DNA from: a virus
Lineage: Duplodnaviria; Caudoviricetes
Direction: 5' to 3' (one strand)
Virus record (IMG/VR): IMGVR_UViG_3300027810_000010
Span: 892 to 64,891 of that record
DNA: 64,000 nt
The stretch's first letter is position 1, and each line of letters begins with the position of its first letter. The notes under the pieces were generated by a model. That model had not been told where the DNA came from and did not search any database. It worked only from the letters and a program-made list of their open reading frames with translations. Below, piece after piece: positions 1 to 9,476 of the stretch. Position numbers and translations under genes: made by a program.

Positions 1-172
1 ACTTCCATAATAGCCAATGTGCTATTTTATGCTGTCTTATATCGAGTTCGATTAAATTTTCAATATTATTAGATCCACCAAAATGTTTTGGAAGTATGTG
101 ATGAACTTCTGTATATTTAGATCTGATTTGATATTTACCTAAACATAGGTTTTCATAAATTATGGAATACAT
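1..172 (-). CDS. HNH homing endonuclease (T4 Mob-type), N-terminal part; runs off the window; absent from ORF track
   Basis: Manual translation from ATG at 172: MYSIIYENLCLGKYQIRSKYTEVHHILPKHFGGSNNIENLIELDIRQHKIAHWLLWK, matching the E-x-HH-I-x-P...GG-x-N...NL...H-xx-AH HNH motif. GATATATA motif upstream at 199-206. Confidence 0.85.
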   Translation of the reverse strand, partial: MYSIIYENLCLGKYQIRSKYTEVHHILPKHFGGSNNIENLIELDIRQHKIAHWLLWK

Positions 173-237
173 GTAACTTAGAGATATTTTTCTTTTATTA
201 TATATCCCTAAGTTATATGAAAATTTCAATAGTTTAA

Positions 238-705
238 TTAATATCCATCCTTTTGTCTTTGGACGTTAGCTTCAGCTTTTGCGAAGTAATAGTTATAAGC
301 TGTCTTTGCGTCTAATCCAATAGATGCGGCATAATTAATAAAGAAGTGTAGAATATCTACCCATTCCATATACAATTCCTTTTTGTCGCCTTCGGACATA
401 TCAGAAATCTTTAATTTATCGTATTTAGTAAAGTCTTTTTTCCAGTATTTCCATACTGCATTTCCACTTCCGTCTTTAATACCTCCTAGAGCATCAGTCA
501 TTTCATGAATTTCATCTACAACTGCATGTGTATTAACATGCCAGAAGTCCATGACTTCTCTGATAGTCATATCTTCAAAGTTAAACCCGTAGGTTTTTTC
601 TTGCATCTTCTTTTGATGAGACATGATGTCTTCAAGGTGTGTCGTTGATTTATCGTAAAAATCTTTAACTTCTAGATCTTTACATTCGTTGTCAATATTT
701 GCCAT
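238..705 (-). CDS. Dimeric all-alpha dUTPase / dCTP pyrophosphatase (T4 gp56-like)
   Basis: DE-xx-E motif, WKYWKK, E-W-VD-ILHF and C-terminal K-xxx-N-xx-RQ-xx-GY, typical of the dimeric dUTPase family. Confidence 0.85.
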   Translation of the reverse strand: MANIDNECKDLEVKDFYDKSTTHLEDIMSHQKKMQEKTYGFNFEDMTIREVMDFWHVNTHAVVDEIHEMTDALGGIKDGSGNAVWKYWKKDFTKYDKLKISDMSEGDKKELYMEWVDILHFFINYAASIGLDAKTAYNYYFAKAEANVQRQKDGY

Positions 706-743
706 ATTTTTCGCTACTTTTTAATGTTTGTTATTTATTCTAC

Positions 744-1967
744 TTAAAATAATGAATCTGTTTTTAATTCTAGTGGTTTTTCTACCGATCTTTTATTAAC
801 ATTGTTAATAGCTTCAAAGAGATCAGTGTTAACAACTTCCGGAGCATTGTGCAATTTAGCTAACCTTACGGAATTTTTTCTAAACTCTTCTCTTCTTTCA
901 CTATTGTTTGCTAACTCTAGTATTTCTGGAATAGATGCTGCAATATCTTCTTTATCTACGAAGATTGCAAAATCTTTAAGTTGTATAAAAGGAACTCCTT
1001 CTGTTCTATGAATAACGTGGGTTCCCCAGTGTTTGTCAAATAACGGTATAGTTCCCGCTGCAATAACTTCACACATTGCATATTCAATCATTGAACCATA
1101 TAATCTTTCAGGAAGATTAAAGAATTCAGCACCAAACATAGATTTTCCAAGTTCTGCCATACCTTCGGCTAAATTATAAGGTCCATACATATACATTTTA
1201 TCTTCAACCTGTGGATATGTAACTGGGTTTTTAATTGGATGAACTTCAAAGATATCTTCTCTTAAAGTTTTTCTATCTTCTTGTAAAAACATCGGAAGAG
1301 CACCTATAGATCTTTCAACTCCTCTACATTCTGTTACGAAATTATTACCCTTTAATAGTTCCATAATATCGAACATTCTAAAAGGATCTTTAAATCCAGC
1401 GAATCGGCCGAAGTATGTGGCTCTTCTTTCCTGTTCTTCTACAGGAACTACAGTATTAGACCATGCATCATAGTCATATGAATTAAGATTCATTTCAATC
1501 AAAGGAGTATCAGGTGCATGCTCTCTTAATTTATTTGCAAAATTAGATCTTGCAGAATAATTAAACATAGCATCCATGGATTTCATGATTTCCCAATACT
1601 TGTAATTCTTTGATAAGTTTGCAGTATTATGATCTAAGCAATTTCCAATTTTAATAGGACTTTCTAAACCATATATACAATGTTCAATAAAATCTTCATT
1701 GAATTCGTCTCCTACTGATTTGTGAGGATATGATGTATAATATACTACGTCGTTCTTTTCAAGTTCTTTAGCAATATTAGGGATATCCTTTCTCTTAAAT
1801 TCAGTGCAAACTATATCTGTTGTTTTATGGCGGGGCCATTTCTTTTCTACAGCTGCAAAGATAGTTGCCTCATGGCCTTCTTTAATCAACCAATTGTAAA
1901 ACTCAATAGTGTGTCTTGTAAGACCACATCCTTCAACTCCTTTTGCTAATACTAATGCTATTTTCAT
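744..1967 (-). CDS. agt: DNA alpha-glucosyltransferase homologue (GT-B); start probably MKIALV at 1967 rather than 1985
   Basis: Collinear with T4 Agt as recalled: LAKGVEGCGLT (T4 MARGLEGCGVT), DH, GRFAGFK (GRTTTWK), GVERS (GLERS), IEYAMCEVIAAGTIPLF (LEYTHLELGACGTIPVF). Upstream gene stops at 1972. Confidence 0.85.
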   Translation of the reverse strand: MKIALVLAKGVEGCGLTRHTIEFYNWLIKEGHEATIFAAVEKKWPRHKTTDIVCTEFKRKDIPNIAKELEKNDVVYYTSYPHKSVGDEFNEDFIEHCIYGLESPIKIGNCLDHNTANLSKNYKYWEIMKSMDAMFNYSARSNFANKLREHAPDTPLIEMNLNSYDYDAWSNTVVPVEEQERRATYFGRFAGFKDPFRMFDIMELLKGNNFVTECRGVERSIGALPMFLQEDRKTLREDIFEVHPIKNPVTYPQVEDKMYMYGPYNLAEGMAELGKSMFGAEFFNLPERLYGSMIEYAMCEVIAAGTIPLFDKHWGTHVIHRTEGVPFIQLKDFAIFVDKEDIAASIPEILELANNSERREEFRKNSVRLAKLHNAPEVVNTDLFEAINNVNKRSVEKPLELKTDSLF

Positions 1968-1971
1968 ATGA

Positions 1972-2241
1972 TTATTGTTTTTCATTTATGTAATTGTCTA
2001 GACCCTGTATATATGCTACTGCATCTAGTAAGTTATCTCTTTTATGATTGTAGCTTTCTCTAGAAAATTTAAGGGCTACTAATGCTTTAAACATATCTGC
2101 ACCTGTTACTTCATGGCCTGTCATACCTTGAAAGATCATCGCTGCTCTATCCATACCTTCTGAAAAAGGACCGTAATTACGATCTGCTTCTTCGCTTCTG
2201 TTGTTTACAATTGAATTTGCTTCTTCTAAAATACTTTTCAT
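1972..2241 (-). CDS. Small all-alpha protein (DUF6378 / MazG-like nucleotide pyrophosphohydrolase-associated)
   Basis: ILEEA..IV..R....YG....ALK.SR.....K.DNLLDAVAY pattern; lies in the nucleotide-modification cluster. Confidence 0.6.
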   Translation of the reverse strand: MKSILEEANSIVNNRSEEADRNYGPFSEGMDRAAMIFQGMTGHEVTGADMFKALVALKFSRESYNHKRDNLLDAVAYIQGLDNYINEKQ

Positions 2242-2257
2242 AAAATGTGTTTGGTTA

Positions 2258-2284
2258 TTATACTCTATATATGTGTTTTGTTTC
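2258..2284 (-). promoter_or_regulatory. Putative promoter GAAAC-N16-GTATAA
   Basis: Minus strand reads cGAAAC-aaaacacatatataga-GTATAA, 16 nt before the ATG at 2241. Same spacing at 5708, 20308 and 61900. Confidence 0.65.
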
Positions 2285-2285
2285 G

Positions 2286-2492
2286 TTATAGTTTCGTAAG
2301 TGGTGTTAATACTCCATTTACTAATTTGTGGGGAATTCCATTCTTAAAAATAAAGCCTGAAGTTGTGACCTTCTTTTCCTCATTTCCAAGAGCACGTTGC
2401 TTTGCATTTTCAAAATCGTCGGATGTTGTTCTACTTCTAACAATACTCCTATCTACTTTCTTTTTTCTACGAGGTCCGTTATAATATGCCAT
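2286..2492 (-). CDS. Hypothetical basic protein
   Basis: 68-aa ORF packed between neighbours on the coding strand. Confidence 0.6.
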   Translation of the reverse strand: MAYYNGPRRKKKVDRSIVRSRTTSDDFENAKQRALGNEEKKVTTSGFIFKNGIPHKLVNGVLTPLTKL

Positions 2493-2646
2493 CTTTCTTT
2501 TTATTGTTTTCTACTATTTGTTCTAATTCGATTGCAAGATCTTCGATTCCTTCGTTATAAGCCCATTGTGTTTCATCGCCTGGATTTCCGTATCTGATGT
2601 TTTCTGATGCACGTTCTAATAAGATTTGTAATTCTTTTAATGTCAT
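2479..2646 (-). CDS. Hypothetical 55-aa protein (not in ORF track)
   Basis: Manual translation MTLKELQILLERASENIRYGNPGDETQWAYNEGIEDLAIELEQIVENNKKKDGIL*; fills the gap between 2492 and 2652. Confidence 0.6.
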   Translation of the reverse strand: MTLKELQILLERASENIRYGNPGDETQWAYNEGIEDLAIELEQIVENNKKKDGIL

Positions 2647-2651
2647 GTCTT

Positions 2652-3593
2652 TTATTTTAATAAGTTTTCCATTCCAAGTTCTTCGGCGAAAGCAACTGTG
2701 ATATCTTTCAATAGCTTTATGTTTTCTTCTGAGAAATCGGTGTTGTCAAATTTAAATGAAATTGTTTTATCATTGGCACCTGAACTTTCTTTTACGAATT
2801 CAAAACCTGGAACTTTAGATTTTATACTATCAAGAATCTTTCCTGTTTCATCGATGATTCTATTAAGTCCATGATCTCTAACTAAATATCCAGATATTTT
2901 AATTCCAAGGTCATTGTTCTTTTGATTAATAACCCATTCGATACCTAATCTAGAACCAGTATATGCCTTTCCAATATAAAGGTATCTACTACGGTGTGGT
3001 AAGTCTTTTCTATTTTTGAATCCCATTTCAGATGAAGCAACTTTCATCCATTTTAAACCAAGTTCTTCAAGTGAAGCGAGTTTAACAGTAACCTTTTCCT
3101 TCTTTTCTTCTATTCCATACACATCTGCGAAATAACCTTGGTCGTTAAATCTTAAGTGAATTGCATAAGAATCTTCCATCTTAGAAAATTCATTAAGATA
3201 GGGTGCATCGAATTCTTTAAACGCGATAGCAAAGGAATATACTTGTTCGTAATCTTGTTTAAGTCTATTAGATTTAAGATAGAACTGTTCATGGTGATCA
3301 TTGTCCCATTTACCTTTTTGAGATTGACTCATCACTTCAAAGTAATACATTTGTCCTTCGTCTTCAAACGTAAGGTCGGCTCTTTTAGTTGCCATTCCGA
3401 TTGTTATCGGAGTTTCTAATTTTCTATCTATATCTTCAATGCTAGATAAACCACATGCTTCGATTACAGTGTTCATTTCTTCTTTGCCAAAAAAGGCTTC
3501 TACGAATTGAGTTTCTCTATTACATTCGTATGATGAGAATACTTCTGCTAAAGAGTGGTCGTTGGTTTTAATTCCTTTTGAATATCTTTTCAT
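2652..3593 (-). CDS. Putative PD-(D/E)xK (NucS-like) nuclease-fold protein
   Basis: E...KRADLTFEDEGQMYYFEV...DNDHHEQ resembles the (R)xD...(F/I)E-x-Q...D-xx-H-xx-Q pattern of NucS-like domains. Has its own upstream regulatory element. Confidence 0.5.
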   Translation of the reverse strand: MKRYSKGIKTNDHSLAEVFSSYECNRETQFVEAFFGKEEMNTVIEACGLSSIEDIDRKLETPITIGMATKRADLTFEDEGQMYYFEVMSQSQKGKWDNDHHEQFYLKSNRLKQDYEQVYSFAIAFKEFDAPYLNEFSKMEDSYAIHLRFNDQGYFADVYGIEEKKEKVTVKLASLEELGLKWMKVASSEMGFKNRKDLPHRSRYLYIGKAYTGSRLGIEWVINQKNNDLGIKISGYLVRDHGLNRIIDETGKILDSIKSKVPGFEFVKESSGANDKTISFKFDNTDFSEENIKLLKDITVAFAEELGMENLLK

Positions 3594-3630
3594 TTATTGC
3601 TTGTTTATTAATTACTATACTAATATAAGC

Positions 3631-3660
3631 AAAAAACCCGAGATAAAAAAATCTCGGGCT
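3631..3660 (-). terminator. Rho-independent terminator
   Basis: Inverted repeat CCCGAGAT-loop-ATCTCGGG (3637-3658) followed on the minus strand by TTTTTT. Confidence 0.75.
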
Positions 3661-3687
3661 GTTTATTTTCAAAAAAGTTTTAAATTA

Positions 3688-3912
3688 CTATAAGGCTTCT
3701 AATACGGAGCCATAATACTTATCAATTGCGTGTAGCCTATCATCGGCATCTACTAACATGATTAGTGCTTCTTCGGCGTTCTTATAAAAGTCACCCGTTG
3801 AATGATCTCCGATACCTGTTCCTTTATTTCCTAATAAATCTAACGATAATAGGGCTTTTGCTCTATCAGCTTCTGCTGATGCTTTTAACATTGTGATTAA
3901 TGCTGGATTCAT
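3688..3912 (-). CDS. Hypothetical small helical phage protein
   Basis: 74 aa with GIGDHS motif; overlaps the stop of the upstream gene. Confidence 0.65.
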   Translation of the reverse strand: MNPALITMLKASAEADRAKALLSLDLLGNKGTGIGDHSTGDFYKNAEEALIMLVDADDRLHAIDKYYGSVLEAL

Positions 3913-4841
3913 AATTGTTCTTGTTTTAAATTATATACTTGTTCTAATAAATATTCCTCGAATGATAGTGGTATTGTTTCTCCGAAAATAGAATTTAATT
4001 TACCATTGTTTAGTGCATATCGTTTATCATGTCCTAATCTATCTGCAACAAATTCATATTCTGGATTCTTATTCATCATAGTTCCAATCATGTCTATGAT
4101 CTCTAAATTAGTGTATCTTTCGCCAGATCCTATATTAAATGTTTCATTAACTCTGTCAGATAACATTATCTCATATATCAATTGAGTATTGTCCGTTACG
4201 TCTATCCACTCTCTGACATGTTGGCCATCGCCATATACTGGAATTTTCTTTCCTTCTTTAATTGATCTCATAATAGTCGGGATGAATTTTTCAGAATGTT
4301 GGTTTTCTCCGTAGTTATTACATGTTCTAGTAATGATGTATGGTAATCCAAATGTTCGGGCAGCTGAAAGAACTAACATATCCGAAGATGCTTTAGTCGC
4401 TGAGTAATAAGAGGATGCAACTAAGGGAAATTCCTCATCAGCTGTAACATCTATACTAATATCTGCCATATCTCCATAGACTTCATCTGTTGATATATGG
4501 ATGAACTTCTTAAGGCTCTTATTCTGTCTAGCACATTCTAATAAATTAAATGTTCCTTCGACATTAGTTCTAATAAATGGTTTTCCGTCTTTAATAGAGT
4601 TATCAACATGGCTTTCAGCTGCAAAGTGAACGATATAGTCATAAGAACCTAGGTCTTCGGCGGTTACATCACATATATCCTTTTCGAGGAAATCAATATT
4701 AGGTACATTAATTCTACGTGCATCTGCAGCATACGTTAAGTTATCAACTACCAATACTTCTGCATTTGGGTTTTTTCTTCCAATTGTGTTTACGAACTCA
4801 GATCCTATGAATCCAAATCCACCTGTTACTATTATTCTCAT
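3909..4841 (-). CDS. rfbB: dTDP-glucose 4,6-dehydratase
   Basis: GGFGFIGS, DNLTYA, HFAAESHVD, TNVEGT, STDEVYG, YSATKA, CNNYG, VYGDG, DRLGHDKRYA. Confidence 0.93.
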   Translation of the reverse strand: MRIIVTGGFGFIGSEFVNTIGRKNPNAEVLVVDNLTYAADARRINVPNIDFLEKDICDVTAEDLGSYDYIVHFAAESHVDNSIKDGKPFIRTNVEGTFNLLECARQNKSLKKFIHISTDEVYGDMADISIDVTADEEFPLVASSYYSATKASSDMLVLSAARTFGLPYIITRTCNNYGENQHSEKFIPTIMRSIKEGKKIPVYGDGQHVREWIDVTDNTQLIYEIMLSDRVNETFNIGSGERYTNLEIIDMIGTMMNKNPEYEFVADRLGHDKRYALNNGKLNSIFGETIPLSFEEYLLEQVYNLKQEQL

Positions 4842-5416
4842 GCGTCTTCTAATAATTCTTTAATTCCATTTTTATATTGCTCTTCTGTCAAGTTACCTTC
4901 AACATACTGTGCTATTTCATCTCTAATAGCTAACATTAAATGCTGCGCAGCTGTCGTGTCTACGTCATTCTTTGCTCTATCAATTAGTTCTGGGTTTTGT
5001 TTTACGGTTTGCATTGTAATTAAATCTTTTAGTTTAGTGGTTGACCATCCATGTGAACGAGTAGTATAAATTATCTCAATATCTAGATGATCTCCAGTAA
5101 ATCTTTTACCAATATAATCATCTCCTAATATTCTAACATCAGGCTTATAGAATTCCATTAACTCTATTAAGTCTTCTTCCGTTTGATACGTAACAACTTC
5201 GTCAACGCATTCTAATGCCATTAATGTTTTATAACGCTCGTATAGTGGTATGACTGGTTTGTATTTTGTGAATCTTGTTTCAGAAGGATCTCTTTGTAAA
5301 AAGACCATGAAATAATCACAATTTTCCTTTGCAGTTTCGAATGTATAAATATACCCAGGATGAAGTAAATCAAAATTACCTGCAGTGAATCCTATTTTAC
5401 CCTTAGTGTGATGCAT
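4838..5416 (-). CDS. Cytidylyltransferase (TagD/RfaE-like HxGH nucleotidyltransferase)
   Basis: GFTAGNFDLLHPGY (HxGH variant), KPV...ER...VDEV, LGDDY, R-x-HGWSTT. Confidence 0.85.
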   Translation of the reverse strand: MHHTKGKIGFTAGNFDLLHPGYIYTFETAKENCDYFMVFLQRDPSETRFTKYKPVIPLYERYKTLMALECVDEVVTYQTEEDLIELMEFYKPDVRILGDDYIGKRFTGDHLDIEIIYTTRSHGWSTTKLKDLITMQTVKQNPELIDRAKNDVDTTAAQHLMLAIRDEIAQYVEGNLTEEQYKNGIKELLEDA

Positions 5417-5648
5417 ATATTTTGCTTTTTTGTAATTTAATTCTTAGCCATAATTGATGTATGATAATGTCCATCGAAAATTCATCAGCATCTTCAAGTG
5501 CTGTAATTATTGTAAAATTATCCACCATGTTCTTTGCAGCCTCAAGGTGGGCTTCGTTCTTACAAGAATCAATTACCTTCTCTAATTTAGTAAGGGCCTC
5601 GATCGACCACTTTTTGAAATTGTCAGGTCTAAATATAATGTTTTCCAT
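5403..5648 (-). CDS. Hypothetical protein
   Basis: 81-aa ORF, first gene after the 5708 promoter; KVIDSC...HL..A..MV..F pattern. Confidence 0.65.
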   Translation of the reverse strand: MENIIFRPDNFKKWSIEALTKLEKVIDSCKNEAHLEAAKNMVDNFTIITALEDADEFSMDIIIHQLWLRIKLQKSKIYASH

Positions 5649-5707
5649 ATCTTTTTAATAAACTAATACAATGTGCAATCCTATACATACTAAGAATGCT
5701 CTGTAGT

Positions 5708-5735
5708 TTATACAGAGCATTCTTTAATTGTTTCA
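5708..5735 (-). promoter_or_regulatory. Putative promoter TGAAAC-N16-GTATAA heading the sugar/nucleotide genes
   Basis: Minus strand TGAAAC-aattaaagaatgctct-GTATAA in intergenic DNA. Confidence 0.7.
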
Positions 5736-5782
5736 ACATGTAGTTGAAGTGTATTTCGTTGATACGCGAAATTAGTTATATG

Positions 5783-7918
5783 TTAATATTCAAACGGAGG
5801 AGTTCCATAGTCTGCTATCTTAACAGCATACCATACTCCTTTGTATCTGAAATACCAAAATCTTTCTGATTCTAGAATCCATATTTCACCTTTAGGTGAA
5901 ACTGGCTTGTAACCTCCTCTTGTGAAGTACTTTGTAACCGGAACTCCATCTTCCCACGTTTTAGTTGTCGACTGAGCTTCCATTGAACTTCCATCGAATG
6001 TAGCTAAATGCACATTAGCGTCTTGTCCTTCATCTTGTTCATCATTCATGAATTTTAATAAAGAGTCTGGAGCCTCAGACTTAGCCTCTGTAACTACAGA
6101 TTCTTTAATTCCCATAAAGTCAGCTGCTGCTTTCTTTAATTCTTCATATGTATATTTGTCTGTTAGTGCATCTTTTAAAATAGTTCCACCTTTTTTACCA
6201 ATAGCATAAAGAGATACGTGATCAAATCCGAGCCAAGGTCCTACATATTCATCTGTAGCATTCAATCCTAAATCTATTGATAAAGTTCTAGCAAGAGAAT
6301 TCTTTCCTAAGAATTGATCATTATAACCTAATTTACCAGCCTTAATATAATCGCTTGCATTAAAACGAATAGCTTCAGTAACTACTGATTCATTCTTAGG
6401 GAAAGAAGATAATACTTCATCCTTTTGTTTATCATTAAGCCTTTTCCATGATTTTTTAAACATTTCCTCTGATTTATCATGAAGTTGTGAATTACCATAA
6501 TATGGAGGTAATACGTCTCTACCCTGATAATATGTTTCAGTACCTGGCCTTGCTTCATTAACTGTTGAATTATCTTCTCTTAAATTAAACCCAGCGTTTG
6601 TAAGATCAAATAATTTTTTATACAATGTAGAAATTTGCTTTTGTAAAACTCTGGCTTTTTTTGGATCCATTTCGATAATAGCACGCTCAATGTCTAATCC
6701 ACTGTCTTCGTCTAATAATAATGCAAGAAGATCGGCAAACTCTTTTATTGTTTGTCCATTAGATTCGTTAATTACTGATTCGGCAACGATAGTATCATAA
6801 TGAACATCTTGAACATCACCATTATAATCAGCGTAAACATCGATAGACCATTCTTTACCATCATCATCTTTACCTAACCAGAATTGATCTTGACCCTCAT
6901 TACCATGATCATCAATTATATCTTCGTAATCAAATTCAACTTTATGTTTTGTGCTACCTATTTTAAATTCAACGTAGGGCCATTCTTTCTTAGTAACCTT
7001 AATTGATTTAGCTTCAGTTATTACTGATTCCTTTACGAAATTCTTAAGATCATCTGGATCTATAGAGTATTCTACTTCATCAGCATCGCTCCAAAGAATA
7101 ACTTCATCTTTACCAATTTCGTAAATTTCGAATGATGAGTTTTTTAAGATTTCAGATCCATCAACGTCGTTAGTTTTATCATAAACATCTCCATCAAAAT
7201 CATCGCTATCGCTTTTGGCTTTAATATATTGTCCTTTTTTAAATTTAGCTTCGTTAATTACTGATTCAGCAACTTTGATATTTTCCATTTCATCACGAAC
7301 CCAGTTCTTTTCCTTTGAACCTAGTTTATCAAAATCCATACCAAATTCATCATTTGCTAATTCATCTTCTAAATCCATTTGTTCATTAGTTACAGATTCT
7401 TTTAAGTTTTTAATAGTCTTTATAATAGTTTTAATGTCATCATCCATATTACCATAAGTCGGTGATACGTTCGTTTTACGATTCCATGTTGCCATATTGA
7501 CTACTGAACCATCATCATTAATATTATATGAACCACCTGCATATTCATCACCGTCAACATCTAAATCAAATGAATCTTCTTCATAATCAGAACTAACAGT
7601 ATATTTCATACCGTCTAATTTTGTGAGAGCTGCTGCAAATTTCTGTGCAACTTTTAGAGTTTCCTTTTTAGAAAGACCAGCTCTTTTAGCTTCTAAAAGC
7701 ATAGCAGTCGTTTCAATCTCAACATCATTAGAATCATTTTCTTTTAGATGAGATACGTAATTTTCGAATGATTTAAACATTTTCTTTAATTTTTTATTTT
7801 TCTTCTTCTTTGAACCGGAAGGAACATCACCCGAGCCTGTTTCTGTTTCAGTCGGTAGGGAGATTTCTCCCATACCTCCAATATTTGCTGGAGTTATATT
7901 TTCTTCTAGTTCTTTCAT
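5783..7918 (-). CDS. Modular putative capsid-internal polyprotein; about 8 mini-domains separated by ESV(V/I)(T/N)E linkers
   Basis: KSFENYVSHLKE capsid-targeting-like segment. Linkers at 7382, 7250, 7013, 6764, 6552 (degenerate), 6374 and 6086. Confidence 0.75.
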   Translation of the reverse strand: MKELEENITPANIGGMGEISLPTETETGSGDVPSGSKKKKNKKLKKMFKSFENYVSHLKENDSNDVEIETTAMLLEAKRAGLSKKETLKVAQKFAAALTKLDGMKYTVSSDYEEDSFDLDVDGDEYAGGSYNINDDGSVVNMATWNRKTNVSPTYGNMDDDIKTIIKTIKNLKESVTNEQMDLEDELANDEFGMDFDKLGSKEKNWVRDEMENIKVAESVINEAKFKKGQYIKAKSDSDDFDGDVYDKTNDVDGSEILKNSSFEIYEIGKDEVILWSDADEVEYSIDPDDLKNFVKESVITEAKSIKVTKKEWPYVEFKIGSTKHKVEFDYEDIIDDHGNEGQDQFWLGKDDDGKEWSIDVYADYNGDVQDVHYDTIVAESVINESNGQTIKEFADLLALLLDEDSGLDIERAIIEMDPKKARVLQKQISTLYKKLFDLTNAGFNLREDNSTVNEARPGTETYYQGRDVLPPYYGNSQLHDKSEEMFKKSWKRLNDKQKDEVLSSFPKNESVVTEAIRFNASDYIKAGKLGYNDQFLGKNSLARTLSIDLGLNATDEYVGPWLGFDHVSLYAIGKKGGTILKDALTDKYTYEELKKAAADFMGIKESVVTEAKSEAPDSLLKFMNDEQDEGQDANVHLATFDGSSMEAQSTTKTWEDGVPVTKYFTRGGYKPVSPKGEIWILESERFWYFRYKGVWYAVKIADYGTPPFEY
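6086..7399 (-). repeat. Dispersed 18-bp repeat GAATCAGTARTTAMYGAA, cluster 1
   Basis: Copies at 6086-6103 (variant), 6374-6391, 6764-6781, 7013-7030, 7250-7267 and 7382-7399 (variant). Confidence 0.85.
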
Positions 7919-8289
7919 ATCTTAGAAGATTTAGAAGTATCAGATCCTGTTGACTCAAGTGCCTTATACTTTTTAAATTTACCTTTCTTTATATTCTTAA
8001 CAAGATCGTCAACAGAATCTGCTATGTTTCCATATATTTCTAAACCTGTTGCTGCGTTAACTATTTCACCAGAATCTCCGATGAAGTATGATCCTCCTTC
8101 GAATTCTTCTCCATCATAGTCAAGATCAAAACCACCTGCGTCTAAAGATCCTTTGGTAACATTAACTTTTACTCCTTCTATCTTAGAAATAGCTGCAGAT
8201 AACCTAGAGGCAATTGCTGCAGTATCTCTTTGCTTTACTTCATTTAAAGATTCATTAATAAATCTAGCGAAGGTTCTAAATATTTTCAT
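7915..8289 (-). CDS. Putative capsid-internal protein; paralogous to module 1 of 5783-7918
   Basis: N-terminal MKIFRTFARFINE (compare T4 IP targeting sequence MKTYQEFIAE); shared FDLD.DG.E..GGSY.I.D.G..VN.A motif; GATATATA at 8321-8328. Confidence 0.7.
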   Translation of the reverse strand: MKIFRTFARFINESLNEVKQRDTAAIASRLSAAISKIEGVKVNVTKGSLDAGGFDLDYDGEEFEGGSYFIGDSGEIVNAATGLEIYGNIADSVDDLVKNIKKGKFKKYKALESTGSDTSKSSKI

Positions 8290-8335
8290 ATTTCTTTCTT
8301 GTTTTTATAATTTTATACTGTATATATCTTTAAAA

Positions 8336-9454
8336 TTAATGAATTGAATCATGTGCTAATTCATGAACGAAATCCTGATATTCATCTTGTAATTCTGAAC
8401 ACTCTTCTTCTGAAAGAGCTTTTCCATTCGTGTATTCAGCATATTCAATATATGCATCCGAGAAGTCAGGATAATCTCTCATATCTACATCTCCTATTTC
8501 AATAGAACCGACATCTACTTTTTTACCTTTAAATTTAAGAGTGTTAGCTTCATTTATAAATGAATCAAATTCAGTAGATATCATGTTTTCATTAACTGTG
8601 ATTCCTTTAAGAATTCTTTTTCCTAATTTAGAAAGAGTTATTCCTTCTTCAGATACTAGAAAGAATCTTTTATTTGATGCCATCCATCTTTTAGAATTTG
8701 AAGAAAGTTCTTTTAAAATTCTATCAAATTCACCGGCTGCTACTTTACCATCTCTAATAGCTTCTAGCATTTTATTTCTGATTTTAGCTGTCATTCCAAC
8801 TGTTTGAGCTGGATGATTGTCTCCATATTTTCTTTTAGTAATTACTCTCTTCTCTTGAATAGCTTCTTCACTTACCATATCATCATACATCGATTCAGCC
8901 CACTTAATAGTTTCTTTAGTCTTTTCTATTTTACCTTCAAATTCTTTAAAAAATCTTTTGATAAAGTCTGAAAGGTTTCTAGCTTCTTTCGCTATCATAT
9001 CTATTTTTGACATTGTTCCTTCTAGAAGTTGAAATGATTCAGGAATTCCATCGTAGTTTTGACTCCTAAGAACTGTAATGATATTGTATACTACTGATTG
9101 TAATGGAATGTCATATTTCTTAGCCATTTTCTCGATAAATGAATTAACAGATCTGTGAACATCTCTGCTTACGTTTTCATGAAGTTCGAATTCTTCAGTA
9201 GATTCACTAATAACTAATTTTGCATCTTTGTTTTTGCCAGCTACTGCATCATCCAGTTCCTTTACAAGTGCTTTCTTTTTGATTGTTAAATCTATTAACT
9301 GCTGTCTAGATGCTGCTTTATCGTCGCTTCCATCTTCCGCAGAAGTGTATACTTTTACAATTTCTTTCATCTTTACAACTGTTTCTGTAAATTCTTTAGA
9401 GATCTTATTAATTGAACGGGCCTCGTTAATTGTGTTATGGTTATACTTGTTCAT
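8336..9454 (-). CDS. Putative multi-domain head protein with several (I/L/V)-x-E sites
   Basis: TINE-A, LHE-N, LLE-G, IQE-K, VNE-N and FDSFINE-A punctuate the protein; C-terminal D-x-RDYPDFSDAYI domain. Confidence 0.6.
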   Translation of the reverse strand: MNKYNHNTINEARSINKISKEFTETVVKMKEIVKVYTSAEDGSDDKAASRQQLIDLTIKKKALVKELDDAVAGKNKDAKLVISESTEEFELHENVSRDVHRSVNSFIEKMAKKYDIPLQSVVYNIITVLRSQNYDGIPESFQLLEGTMSKIDMIAKEARNLSDFIKRFFKEFEGKIEKTKETIKWAESMYDDMVSEEAIQEKRVITKRKYGDNHPAQTVGMTAKIRNKMLEAIRDGKVAAGEFDRILKELSSNSKRWMASNKRFFLVSEEGITLSKLGKRILKGITVNENMISTEFDSFINEANTLKFKGKKVDVGSIEIGDVDMRDYPDFSDAYIEYAEYTNGKALSEEECSELQDEYQDFVHELAHDSIH

Positions 9455-9476
9455 TTTTATTTATTTATATTTATAT

